From Eledone cirrhosa (taxonomy: Eukaryota): a stretch of DNA of 64,000 bases. The notes under the pieces were generated by a model that saw only the letters and a list, made by a program, of their open reading frames with translations, was not told the DNA's origin and made no database searches. Position numbers and translations under genes: made by a program. Below are positions 1 through 15,336 of the stretch, piece by piece. How positions within the stretch are numbered: the stretch's first letter is position 1; every line of letters starts with the position of its first letter. The stretch is taken from contig OZ024741.1 in NCBI GenBank assembly GCA_964016885.1, positions 370,946,001 through 371,010,000 of the forward strand. The letters are read 5' to 3'.

Positions 1-3000
1 TTGCCCCAGTACGTTACATAATAACTCACATATATATATATAAGACCCTATGTACTATCGTTACCAGCAATTACCCCAGTACATTACATCATGACTCACA
101 TATATATATATAAGACCCTATGTACTATCGTTACCAGCCATTACCCCAGTACATTACATAATGACTCACATATATATAAGACCCAATGTACTATCGTTAC
201 CAGCCATTACCCTAGTACATTACATAATGACTCACATATATATAAGACCCTATGTACTATCGTTACCAGCCATTACCCTAGTACATTACATAATGACACA
301 TATACATAAGACCCTATGTACTATCGTTACCAACAATTGCCCCAGTACATTACATAATGACTCGCATATATATATATAAGACCCTATGTACTATCGTTAC
401 CAGCCATTACCCCAGTACATTAAATAATGACTCACATATATATAAGACCCTATGTACTATCGTTACCAGCAATTGCCCCAGTACATTACATAATGACTCA
501 CATATGTATATATATAAGACCCTATGTACTATTGTTACCAACAATTACCCCAGTACATTACATCATGACTCACATATATATATATATAAGACCCTATGTA
601 CTATCGTTACCAGCCATTACCCTAGTACATTACATAATGACACATATACATAAGACCCTATGTACTATCGTTACCAACAATTGCCCCAGTACATTACATA
701 ATGACTCACATATATATAAGACCCTATGTACTATCGTTACCAGCCATTACCCTAGTACATTACATAATGACTCACATATATATAAGACCCTATGTACTAT
801 CGTTACCAGCAATGGCCCCAGTACATTACATAATGACTCACATATATATATATATATAAGACCCTATGTACTATCGTTACCAGCAATTACCCCCAGTACA
901 TTACATAATGACTCACATATATATATATAAGACCCTATGTACTAACGTTACCAGCAATTACCCCAGTACGTTACATAATGACTCACATATATATAAGACC
1001 CTATGTACTATCGTTACCAGCAATTGCCCCAGTACATTACATAATGACTCACATATATATACATAAGACCCTATGTACTATCGTTACCAGCAATTGCCCC
1101 AGTACATTACATAATGACTCACATATATATAAGACTCTATGTACTATCGTTACCAGCAATTGACCTAGTACACCCTAGTACATTACTAATGACTCACATA
1201 TATATAAGACCCTAGTTACTATCGTTACCAGCAATTACCCCAGTACATTAGATAATGACTCACATACATATATATAAGACTCTATGTACTATCGTTACCA
1301 GCAATTGCCCTAGTACGTTACATAATGACTCACATATATATAAGACCCTATGTACTATCGTTACCAACAATTACCCCAGTACATTAGATAATGACTCACA
1401 TACATATATATAAGACCCTATGTACTATCGTTACCAACAATTACCCCAGTACATTACATAATGACTCACATATATATAAGACCCTATGTACTATCGTTAC
1501 CAGCAATTGCCCCAGTACATTACATAATGACACACATATATATACATAAGACGCTATGTACTATCGTTACCAACAATTGCCCCAGTACATTGCATAATGA
1601 CTCACATATATATAAGACCCTATGTACTATCGTTACCAACAATTGCCCCAGTACGTTACATAATGACTCACATATATATAAGACCCTATGTACTATCGTT
1701 ACCAACAATTGCCCCAGTACATTACATAATGACTCACATATCTATATATAAGACCCTATGTACTATCGTTACCAGCCATTACCCCAGTACATTAAATAAT
1801 GACTCACATATATATAAGACCCTATGTACTATCGTTACCAGCCATTACCCTAGTACATTACATAATGACTCACATATATATAAGACCCAATCTACTATCG
1901 TTACCAGCCATTACCCTAGTACATTACATAATGACACATATACATAAGACCCTATGTACTATCGTTACCAACAATTGCCCCAGTACATTACATAATGACT
2001 CACATATATATATATAAGACCCTATGTACTATCGTTACCAGCCATTACCCCAGTACATTAAATAATGACTCACATATATATAAGACCCTATGTACTATCG
2101 TTACCAGCAATTGCCCCAGTACATTACGTAATGACTCATATATATATATATATAAGACCCTATGTACTATCGTTACCAGCAATTGCCCCAGTATATTACA
2201 TAATGACTCACATATATATATATATAAGACCCTATGTACTAATGTTACCAACAATTACCCCAGTACATTACATCATGACTCACATATATATATATAAGAC
2301 CCTATGTACTATCGTTACCAGCCATTACCCCAGTACATTACATAATGACTCACCTATATATAAGACCCTATGTACTATCGTTACCAGCCATTACCCTAGT
2401 ACATTACATAATGACTCACATATATATAAGACCCTATGTACTATCGTTACCAGCCATTACACTAGTACATTACATAATGACACATATACATAAGACCCTA
2501 TGTACTATCGTTACCAACAATTGCCCCAGTACATTACATAATGACTCACATATATATATAAGACCCTATGTACTATCGTTACCAGCCATTACCCCAGTAC
2601 ATTAAATAATGACTCACATATATATAAGACCCTATGTACTATCGTTACCAGCCATTACCCTAGTACATTACATAATGACTCACATATATATAAGACCCTA
2701 TGTACTATCGTTACCAGCCATTACCCTAGTACATTACATAATGACACATATACATAAGACCCTATGTACTATCGTTACCAACAATTGCCCCAGTACATTA
2801 CATAATGACTCACACATATATATATAAGACCCTATGTACTATCGTTACCAGCCATTACCCCAGTACATTAAATAATGACTCACATATATATAAGACCCTA
2901 TGTACTATCGTTACCAGCAATTGCCCCAGTACATTACATAATGACTCATATATATATATATAAGACCCTATGTACTATCGTTACCAGCAATTGCCCCAGT

Positions 3001-6000
3001 ACATTACATAATGACTCACATATATATATATATAAGACCCTATGTACTATTGTTACCAACAATTACCCCAGTATATTACATCATGACTCACATATATATA
3101 TATAAGACCCTATGTACTATCGTTACCAGCCATTACCCAAGTACATTAAATAATGACTCACATATATATAAGACCCTATGTACTATCGTTACCAGCCATT
3201 ACCCTAGTACATTACATAATGACTCACATATATATATAAGACCCTATGTACTATCGTTACCATCAATTGCCCAGTACATTACATAATGACTCACATATAT
3301 ATATATATAAGACCCTATGTACTATCGTTACCAGCAATTACCCCCAGTACATTACTTAATGACTCACATATATATATATAAGACCCTATGTACTATCGTT
3401 ACCAGCAATTACCCCAGTACATTACATAATGACCCACATATATATAAGACCCTATGTACTATCGTTACCAACAATTGCCCCAGTACATTACATAATGACT
3501 CACATATATATAAGACCCTATGTGCTATCGTTACCAGCCATTACCCTAGTACATTACATAATGACTCACATATATATAAGACCCTATGTACTATCGTTAC
3601 CAGCAATTGCCCCAGTACATTACATAATGACTCACATATGTATAAGACCCTGTGTACTATCGTTACCAACAATTGCCCCAGTACATTACATAATGACACA
3701 TATATGTAAGACCCTATGTACTATCGTTACCAGCAATTACCCCCAGTACATTACAAAATGACTCACATATATATAAGACCCTATGTACTATCGTTACCAG
3801 CAATTGCCCCAGTACATTACATAATGACTCACATATATATATATATAAGACCCTATGTACTATCGTTACCAGCAATTGCCCCAGTACATTACATAATGAC
3901 TCACATATATATAAGACCCTATGTACTATCGTTACCAGCAATTACCCTAGTACATTACATAATGACACACATATATATATTTAAGACCCTATGTACTATC
4001 GTTACCAGCAATTACCCTAGTACATTACATAATGACTCACATATATATATAAGACACTATGTACTATCGTTACCAGCAATTGCCCCAGTACATTAGATAA
4101 TGACTCACACATATATATATATATATATAAGACCCTATGTACTATCGTTACCAGCAATTGCCCCAGTACATTACATAATGACTCACATATATATATATAA
4201 GACCCTATGTACTATCGTTACCAGCAATTGCCCCAGTACATTACATAATGACTCACATATGTATAAGACCCTATGTACTATCGTTACCAACAATTGCCCC
4301 AGTACATTACATAATGACTCACATATATATATATAAGACCCTATGTACTATCGTTACCAGCCATTACCCCAGTACATTACATAATGACTCACATATATAT
4401 AAGACCCTATGTACTATCGTTACCAGCCATTACCCTAGTACATTACATAATGACTCACATATATATAAGACCCTATGTACTATCGTTACCAGCCATTACC
4501 CTAGTACATTACATAATGACACATATACATAAGACCCTATGTACCATCGTTACCAACAATTGCCCCAGTACATTACATAATGACTCACATATATATATAT
4601 AAGACCCTATGTACTATCGTTACCAGCCATTACCCCAGTACATTAAATAATGACTCACATATATATAAGACCCTATGTACTATCGTTACCAGCCATTACC
4701 CTAGTACATTACATAATGACTCACATATATATATAAGACCCTATGTACTATCGTTACCAGCCATTACCCTAGTACATTACATAATGACACATATACATAA
4801 GACCCTATGTACTATCGTTACCAACAATTGCCCCAGTACATTACATAATGACTCACATATATATATATAAGACCCTATGTACTATCGTTACCAGCCATTA
4901 CCCCAGTACATTAAATAATGACTCACATATATATATATAAGACCCTATGTACTATCGTTACCAGCCATTACCCCAGTACATTACATAATGACTCACACAT
5001 ATATATAAGACCCTATGTACTATCGTTACCAGCCATTACCCTAGTACATTACATAATGACTCACATATATATATATAAGACCCTATGTACTATCGTTACC
5101 AGCAATTACCCCCAGTACATTACATAATGACTCACATATATATATATAAGACCCTATGTACTATCGTTACCAGCAATTGCCCCAGTACATTACATAATGA
5201 CTCACATATATATATATAAGACCCTATCTACTATCGTTACCAGCAATTACCCTAGTACATTACATAATGACACACACACATATATATAAGACCCTAAGTA
5301 CTATCGTTACCAGCAATTCCCCCAGTACATTAGATAATGACTCACATATATATATATATAAGACCCTATGTACTATCGTTACCAGCAATTGCCCCAGTAC
5401 ATTACATAATGACTCACATATATATATATAAGACCCTATGTACTATCGTTACCAGCAATTACCCTAGTACATTACATAATGACACACACATATATATATA
5501 AGACCCTATGTACTATCGTTACCAGCCATTACCCTAGTACATTACATAATGACTCACATATATATATATAAGACCCTATGTACTATCGTTACCAGCAATT
5601 GCCCCAGTACATTACATAATGACTCACATATATATATATAAGACCCTATGTACTATCGTTACCAGCAATTGCCCCAGTACATTAGATAATGACTCACATA
5701 TATATATATATAAGACCCTATGTACTATCGTTACCAGCAATTGCCCCAGTACATTACATAATGACTCACATATGTATTAGACCCTATGTACTATCGTTAC
5801 CAACAATTGCCCCAGTACATTACATAATGACTCACATATATAAATACAAGACCCTATGTACTATCGTTACCAGCCATTACCCCAGTACATTACATAATGA
5901 CACATATACATAAGACCCTATGTACTATCGTTACCAACAATTGCCCCAGTACATTACATAATGACTCACATATATATAAGACCCTATGTACTATCGTTAC

Positions 6001-9000
6001 CAGCCATTACCCCAGTACATTAAATAATGACTCACATATATATAAGACCCTATGTACTATCGTTACCAGCAATTGCGCCAGTACATTACATAATGACTCA
6101 TATATATATATATATAAGACCCTATGTACTATCGTTACCAGCAATTGCCCCAGTACATTACATAATGACTCACATATATATATATATAAGACCCTATGTA
6201 CTATCGTTACCAGCCATTACCCCAGTACATTACATAATGACTCACATATATATAAGACCCTATGTACTATCGTTACCAGCCATTACCCTAGTACATTACA
6301 TAATGACACATATACATAAGACCCTATGTACTATCGTTACCAACAATTGCCCCAGTACATTACATAATGACTCACATATATATATATAAGACCCTATGTA
6401 CTATCGTTACCAGCCATTACCCCAGTACATTAAATAATGACTCACATATATATAAGACCCTATGTACTATCGTTACCAGCCATTACCCTAGTACATTACA
6501 TAATGACTCACATATATATATAAGACCCTATGTACTATCGTTACCAGCCATTACCCTAGTACATTACATAATGACACATATACATAAGACCCTATGTACT
6601 ATCATTACCAACAATTGCCCCAGTACATTACATAATGACTCACATATATATATATAAGACCCTATGTACTATCGTTACCAGCCATTACCCCAGTACATTA
6701 AATAATGACTCACATATATATAAGACCCTATGTACTATCGTTACCAGCCATTACCCTAGTACATTACATAATCACTCACATATATATATATAAGACCCTA
6801 TGTACTATCGTTAACAGCAATTGCCCCAGTACATTACATAATGACTCACATATATATATATATAAGACCCTATGTACTATCGTTACCAGCAATTACCCCC
6901 AGTACATTACATAATGACTCACATATATATATATAAGACCCTATGTACTATCGTTACCAGCAATTACCCCCAGTACATTACATAATGACTCACATATATA
7001 TATATAAGACCCTATGTACTATCGTTACCAGCAATTGCCCCAGTACATTACATAATGACTCACATATATATATATAAGACCCTATCTACTATCGTTACCA
7101 GCAATTACCCTAGTACATTACATAATGACACACACACATATATATAAGACCCTATGTACTATCGTTACCAGCAATTCCCCCAGTACATTAGATAATGACT
7201 CAGATATATATATATATATAAGACCCTATGTACTATCGTTACCAGCAATTGCCCCAGTACATTACATAATGACTCACATATATATATATAAGACCCTATG
7301 TACTATCGTTACCAGCCATTACCCCAGTACATTAAATAATGACTCACATATATATAAGACCCTATGTACTATCGTTACCAGCAATTACCCTAGTACATTA
7401 CATAATGACACACACATATATATATAAGACCCTATGTACTATCGTTACCAGCCATTACCCTAGTACATTACATAATGACCCACATATATATATATAAGAC
7501 CCTATGTACTATCGTTACCAGCAATTGCCCCAGTACATTACATAATGACTCACATATATATATATAAGACCCTATGTACTATCGTTACCAGCAATTGCCC
7601 CAGTACATTAGATAATGACTCACATATATATATATATAAGACCCTATGTACTATCGTTACCAGCAATTGCCCCAGTACATTACATAATGACTCACATATG
7701 TATTAGACCCTATGTACTATCGTTACCAACAATTGCCCCAGTACATTACATAATGACTCACATATATATAAGACCCTATGTACTATCGTTACCAGCCATT
7801 ACCCCAGTACATTAAATAATGACTCACATATATATAAGACCCTATGTACTATCGTTACCAGCAATTGCGCCAGTACATTACATAATGACTCATATATATA
7901 TATATATAAGACCCTATGTACTATAGTTACCAGCAATTGCCCCAGTACATTACATAATGACTCACATATATATATATATAAGACCCTATGTACTATCGTT
8001 ACCAGCCATTACCCTAGTACATTACATAATGACTCACATATATATAAGACCCTATGTACTATCGTTACCAGCCATTACCCTAGTACATTACATAATGACA
8101 CATATACATAAGACCCTATGTACTATCGTTACCAACAATTGCCCCAGTACATTACATAATGACTCACATATATATATATAAGACCCTATGTACTATCGTT
8201 ACCAGCCATTACCCCAGTACATTAAATAATGACTCACATATATATAAGACCCTATGTACTATCGTTACCAGCCATTACCCTAGTACATTACATAATGACT
8301 CACATATATATATAAGACCCTATGTACTATCGTTACCAGCCATTACCCTAGTACATTACATAATGACACATATACATAAGACCCTATGTACTATCATTAC
8401 CAACAATTGCCCCAGTACATTACATAATGACTCACATATATATATATAAGACCCTATGTACTATCGTTACCAGCCATTACCCCAGTACATTAAATAATGA
8501 CTCACATATATATAAGACCCTATGTACTATCGTTACCAGCCATTACACTAGTACATTACATAATGACTCACATATATATATATAAGACCCTATGTACTAT
8601 CGTTAACAGCAATTGCCCCAGTACATTACATAATGACTCACATATATATATATATAAGACCCTATGTACTATCGTTACCAGCAATTACCCCCAGTACATT
8701 ACATAATGACTCACATATATATATATAAGACCCTATGTACTATCGTTACCAGCAATTACCCCCAGTACATTACATAATGACTCACATATATATATATAAG
8801 ACCCTATGTACTATCGTTACCAGCAATTACCCCAGTACATTACATAATGACTCACATATATATAAGACACTATGTACTATCGTTACCAGCAATTGCCCCA
8901 GTACATTACATAATGACTCACATATATATATATATATATATAAGACCCTATGTACTATCGTTACCAGCAATTACCCCCAGTACATTACATAATGACTCAC

Positions 9001-12000
9001 ATATATATAAGACCCTATGTACTATCGTTACCAGCAATTGCCCCAGTACATTACATAATGACTCACATATATATAAAACTCTATGTACTATCGTTACCAG
9101 CAATTGAGCTAGTACACCCTAGTACATTACTAATGACTCACATATATATAAGACCCTATGTACTATCGTTACCAGCAATTACCCCAGTACATTATATAAT
9201 GACTCACATACATATATATAAGACCCTATGTACTATCGTTACCAGCAATTGCCCTAGTACATTACATAATGACTCACATATATATAAGACCCTATGTACT
9301 ATCGTTACCAACAATTACCCCAGTACATTAGATAATGACTCACATACATATATATAAGACCCTATGTACTATCGTTACCAGCCATTACCCTAGTACATTA
9401 CATAATGACACATATACATAAGACCCTATGTACTATCGTTACCAACAATTGCCCCAGTACATTACATAATGACTCACATATATATATATAAGACCCTATG
9501 TACTATCGTTACCAGCCATTACCCCAGTACATTAAATAATGACTCACATATATATAAGACCCTATGTACTATCGTTACCAGCCATTACCCTAGTACATTA
9601 CATAATGACTCACATATATATATAAGACCCTATGTACTATCGTTACCAGCCATTACCCTAGTACATTACATAATGACACATATACATAAGACCCTATGTA
9701 CTATCATTACCAACAATTGCCCCAGTACATTACATAATGACTCACATATATATATATAAGACCCTATGTACTATCGTTACCAGCCATTACCCCAGTACAT
9801 TAAATAATGACTCACATATATATAAGACCCTATGTACTATCGTTACCAGCCATTACCCTAGTACATTACATAATCACTCACATATATATATATAAGACCC
9901 TATGTACTATCGTTAACAGCAATTGCCCCAGTACATTACATAATGACTCACATATATATATATATAAGACCCTATGTACTATCGTTACCAGCAATTACCC
10001 CCAGTACATTACATAATGACTCACATATATATATATAAGACCCTATGTACTATCGTTACCAGCAATTACCCCCAGTACATTACATAATGACTCACATATA
10101 TATATATAAGACCCTATGTACTATCGTTACCAGCAATTGCCCCAGTACATTACATAATGACTCACATATATATATATAAGACCCTATCTACTATCGTTAC
10201 CAGCAATTACCCTAGTACATTACATAATGACACACACACATATATATAAGACCCTATGTACTATCGTTACCAGCAATTCCCCCAGTACATTAGATAATGA
10301 CTCAGATATATATATATATATAAGACCCTATGTACTATCGTTACCAGCAATTGCCCCAGTACATTACATAATGACTCACATATATATATATAAGACCCTA
10401 TGTACTATCGTTACCAGCCATTACCCCAGTACATTAAATAATGACTCACATATATATAAGACCCTATGTACTATCGTTACCAGCAATTACCCTAGTACAT
10501 TACATAATGACACACACATATATATATAAGACCCTATGTACTATCGTTACCAGCCATTACCCTAGTACATTACATAATGACCCACATATATATATATAAG
10601 ACCCTATGTACTATCGTTACCAGCAATTGCCCCAGTACATTACATAATGACTCACATATATATATATAAGACCCTATGTACTATCGTTACCAGCAATTGC
10701 CCCAGTACATTAGATAATGACTCACATATATATATATATAAGACCCTATGTACTATCGTTACCAGCAATTGCCCCAGTACATTACATAATGACTCACATA
10801 TGTATTAGACCCTATGTACTATCGTTACCAACAATTGCCCCAGTACATTACATAATGACTCACATATATATAAGACCCTATGTACTATCGTTACCAGCCA
10901 TTACCCCAGTACATTAAATAATGACTCACATATATATAAGACCCTATGTACTATCGTTACCAGCAATTGCGCCAGTACATTACATAATGACTCATATATA
11001 TATATATATAAGACCCTATGTACTATAGTTACCAGCAATTGCCCCAGTACATTACATAATGACTCACATATATATATATATAAGACCCTATGTACTATCG
11101 TTACCAGCCATTACCCTAGTACATTACATAATGACTCACATATATATAAGACCCTATGTACTATCGTTACCAGCCATTACCCTAGTACATTACATAATGA
11201 CACATATACATAAGACCCTATGTACTATCGTTACCAACAATTGCCCCAGTACATTACATAATGACTCACATATATATATATAAGACCCTATGTACTATCG
11301 TTACCAGCCATTACCCCAGTACATTAAATAATGACTCACATATATATAAGACCCTATGTACTATCGTTACCAGCCATTACCCTAGTACATTACATAATGA
11401 CTCACATATATATATAAGACCCTATGTACTATCGTTACCAGCCATTACCCTAGTACATTACATAATGACACATATACATAAGACCCTATGTACTATCATT
11501 ACCAACAATTGCCCCAGTACATTACATAATGACTCACATATATATATATAAGACCCTATGTACTATCGTTACCAGCCATTACCCCAGTACATTAAATAAT
11601 GACTCACATATATATAAGACCCTATGTACTATCGTTACCAGCCATTACACTAGTACATTACATAATGACTCACATATATATATATAAGACCCTATGTACT
11701 ATCGTTAACAGCAATTGCCCCAGTACATTACATAATGACTCACATATATATATATATAAGACCCTATGTACTATCGTTACCAGCAATTACCCCCAGTACA
11801 TTACATAATGACTCACATATATATATATAAGACCCTATGTACTATCGTTACCAGCAATTACCCCCAGTACATTACATAATGACTCACATATATATATATA
11901 AGACCCTATGTACTATCGTTACCAGCAATTACCCCAGTACATTACATAATGACTCACATATATATAAGACACTATGTACTATCGTTACCAGCAATTGCCC

Positions 12001-14331
12001 CAGTACATTACATAATGACTCACATATATATATATATATATATAAGACCCTATGTACTATCGTTACCAGCAATTACCCCCAGTACATTACATAATGACTC
12101 ACATATATATAAGACCCTATGTACTATCGTTACCAGCAATTGCCCCAGTACATTACATAATGACTCACATATATATAAAACTCTATGTACTATCGTTACC
12201 AGCAATTGAGCTAGTACACCCTAGTACATTACTAATGACTCACATATATATAAGACCCTATGTACTATCGTTACCAGCAATTACCCCAGTACATTATATA
12301 ATGACTCACATACATATATATAAGACCCTATGTACTATCGTTACCAGCAATTGCCCTAGTACATTACATAATGACTCACATATATATAAGACCCTATGTA
12401 CTATCGTTACCAACAATTACCCCAGTACATTAGATAATGACTCACATACATATATATAAGACCCTATGTACTATCGTTACCAACAATTACCCCAGTACAT
12501 TAGATAATGACTCACATATATATATATAAGACCCTATGTACGAGATTTACCAGCAATTACCCCAGTATATTACATAATGACTCATATATATATAAGACCC
12601 TATGTACTATCGTTACCAACAATTACCCTAGTAGATTACATAATGACTCACATATATATAAGACCCTATGTACTATCGTTACCAGCAATTACCCCAGTAC
12701 ATTACATAATGACTCACATATATATATATACGACCCTATGTATTATCGTTACCAGCAATTGCCCCAGTACATTAGATAATGACTCACATATATATATATA
12801 AGACCCTATGTACTATCGTTACCAGCAATTGCCCCAGTACATTACATAATGACTCACATATATATATATAAGACCCTATGTACTATCGTTACCAGCAATT
12901 GCCCCAGTACATTAGATTATGACTCACATACCTATATATAAGACCCTATGTACAATCGTTACCAGCAATTGCCCCAGTACGTTACATAGTGACTCACATA
13001 TATATATAAGACACTATGTACTATCGTTACCAGCAATTACCCCAGTATATTACATAATGACTCACATATATATAAGACCCTATGTACTATCGTTACCAGC
13101 AATTGCCCCAGTACATTACATAGTGACTCACATATATATATAAGACACTATGTACTATCGTTACCAGCAATTACCCCAGTACATTACATAATGACTCACA
13201 TATATATAAGACCCTATGTACTATCGTTACCAGCAATTGCCCCAGTACATTACATAATGACTCACATATATATATAAGACCCTATGTACTATCGTTACCA
13301 GCAATTACCCCAGTACATTAGATAATGACTCACATATATATATTTAAGACCCTATGTACTATCGTTACCAGCAATTACCCCAGTACATTAGATAATGACT
13401 CACATAAATATATATAAGACCCTATGTACTATCGTTACCAGCAATTACCCCAGTACATTACATAATGACTCACATATATATATATAAGACCCTATGTACT
13501 ATCGTTACCAGCAATTACCCTAGTACATTACATAATGACACACACATATATATATAAGACCCTATGTACTATCGTTACCAGCAATTGCCCCAGTACATTA
13601 GATAATGACTCACATATATCTATATAAGACCCTATGTACTATCGTTACCAGCAATTGCCCCAGTACATTACATAATGACTCACATATGTATAAGACCCTG
13701 TGTACTATCGTTACCAACAATTGCCCCAGTACATTACATAATGACTCACACATATATATATAAGACTCTATGTACTATCGTTACCAGCAATTACCCCTGT
13801 ACATTACATAATGACTCACATATACATAAGACCCTATGTACTATCGTTACCAGCAATTGCCCCAGTACATTACATAATGTCTCACATACATATATATAAG
13901 ACCCTTTGTACTATCGTTACAAGCATTTGCCCCAGTACATTACATAATGACTCACATATATATAAGACCCTATGTACTATCGTTAACAACAATTACCCTA
14001 GTACATTACATAATGACTCACATATATATATATAAGACCCTATGTACTATCGTTACCAGCAATTACCCCAGTACATTACATAATGACTCACATATATATA
14101 TAAGACCCTATGTACTATCGTTACCAGCAATTGCCCTAGTACATTACATAATCTCTCACATATATATATATAAGACCCTATGTACTATCGTTACCAGCAA
14201 TTACCCCAGTACATTACATAATGACTCACATATATATATATAAGACCCTATGTACTATCGTTACCAGCAATTACCCCAGTACATTACATAATGACTCACA
14301 TATACATAAGACCCTATGTACTATCGTTACC
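1..14331. repeat. Satellite array, ~66-76 bp monomer (TAAGACCCTATGTACTATCGTTACCAGCAATTRCCCCAGTACATTACATAATGACTCAC + variable (AT)n)
   Basis: Continuous head-to-tail copies from the window start to ~14331. Length variation comes from the internal (AT)n. The many MTHIYI/KTLCTIV ORFs are translations of the repeat. Confidence 0.97.
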
Positions 14332-14464
14332 ATCATCCTCACCAGGATCTCCAGATATATGAACAATCATATAAACTGAGAAGTTTACATTTTTAAAAAT
14401 TGATAATTTGCATAAGAGAAACCCTAAAACTTCTGTTGATTACTGTCATGTAGAAAGTCACTAA

Positions 14465-14866
14465 ATAATTGTTTCTACTTTGGGCACAAGGCCAGCAATT
14501 ACCCAGTGCATTACTGGTACTTTATTTTATCGATCCCGTAAGGATGAAAGGCAAAGTCAACCTCGGCGGGATTTGAACTCAGATCGTAAAGGACGTAACT
14601 ATGCTGGAAAGCATGGCGTCCGACCCTCTACCGATACTGCCAAACTAAATAATAGTTTCTTATTTAGGGCACAAGGCCAGCGAGTTGGGAGAAAGGGAAA
14701 GTCGATTAAATCAACCCCAGTGCATAACTGGTATCTTATTTTATTGACCCCGTAAGGATGAAAAGCAAAGTTATCCTCGGCAGGATTTGAACTCAGAACA
14801 TAAAGGGCCATAACTCTATGCTGCAAAGCATGGCGTCTGACGCTCTGCCGATACTGCCAATTACCC
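14465..14866 (-). mobile_element. Two tandem copies of a tRNA-derived SINE
   Basis: Minus strand reads TGGCAGTATCGG (A box), GAGTTCAAATCC (B box), central GCCTTTCATCCTTACGGG..CGATAAAATAAAGTACCAG domain and an (ATT)n-like tail. The same family recurs many times in the window. Confidence 0.85.
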
Positions 14867-15336
14867 ACAAGTAATGTTTAGATTTGGACAAACATTACAA
14901 ATTACTAGCAGAAAAACCACCCTTCGGTTGGTTTTTCTGCTAGCATGTTTAATGTGTATATTGATATTATACACAAATATATATGCATGTAGATATGATA
15001 CATCAAATAAAATTGTAATTGAGAATATCCACAGAAATTGAACGAAGTCTATGTTACACTGTCTTATGTAATCAGTAAATCATTTTAAAAAAGACGATAT
15101 TATATATAAACTGCATTAGGAGACAATTAGCGACGGAAATATATGCGGTATTTTTATAAGTGTTATAATATAACGGCCGCTAACCGGAAGTGTTGACATT
15201 TGAACATTTTAAAGAAGTGAATCTTTAATTAAGCTATGAAATATAGTTAATCAACAGCCACGAAAGTTAGCACATAAATTATGTAATATTCATTCATTAT
15301 TTATTCAAAGTAATCCAACTTATTTTACAAACGGGG

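Noticed and set aside
1-14331. CRISPR-like array or repeat-protein gene
   Set aside because: No unique spacers and no cas genes; the frame shifts with every (AT)n length change. It is an ordinary satellite.
14905-14943. Rho-independent terminator
   Set aside because: Eukaryotic context with no upstream bacterial-type gene.
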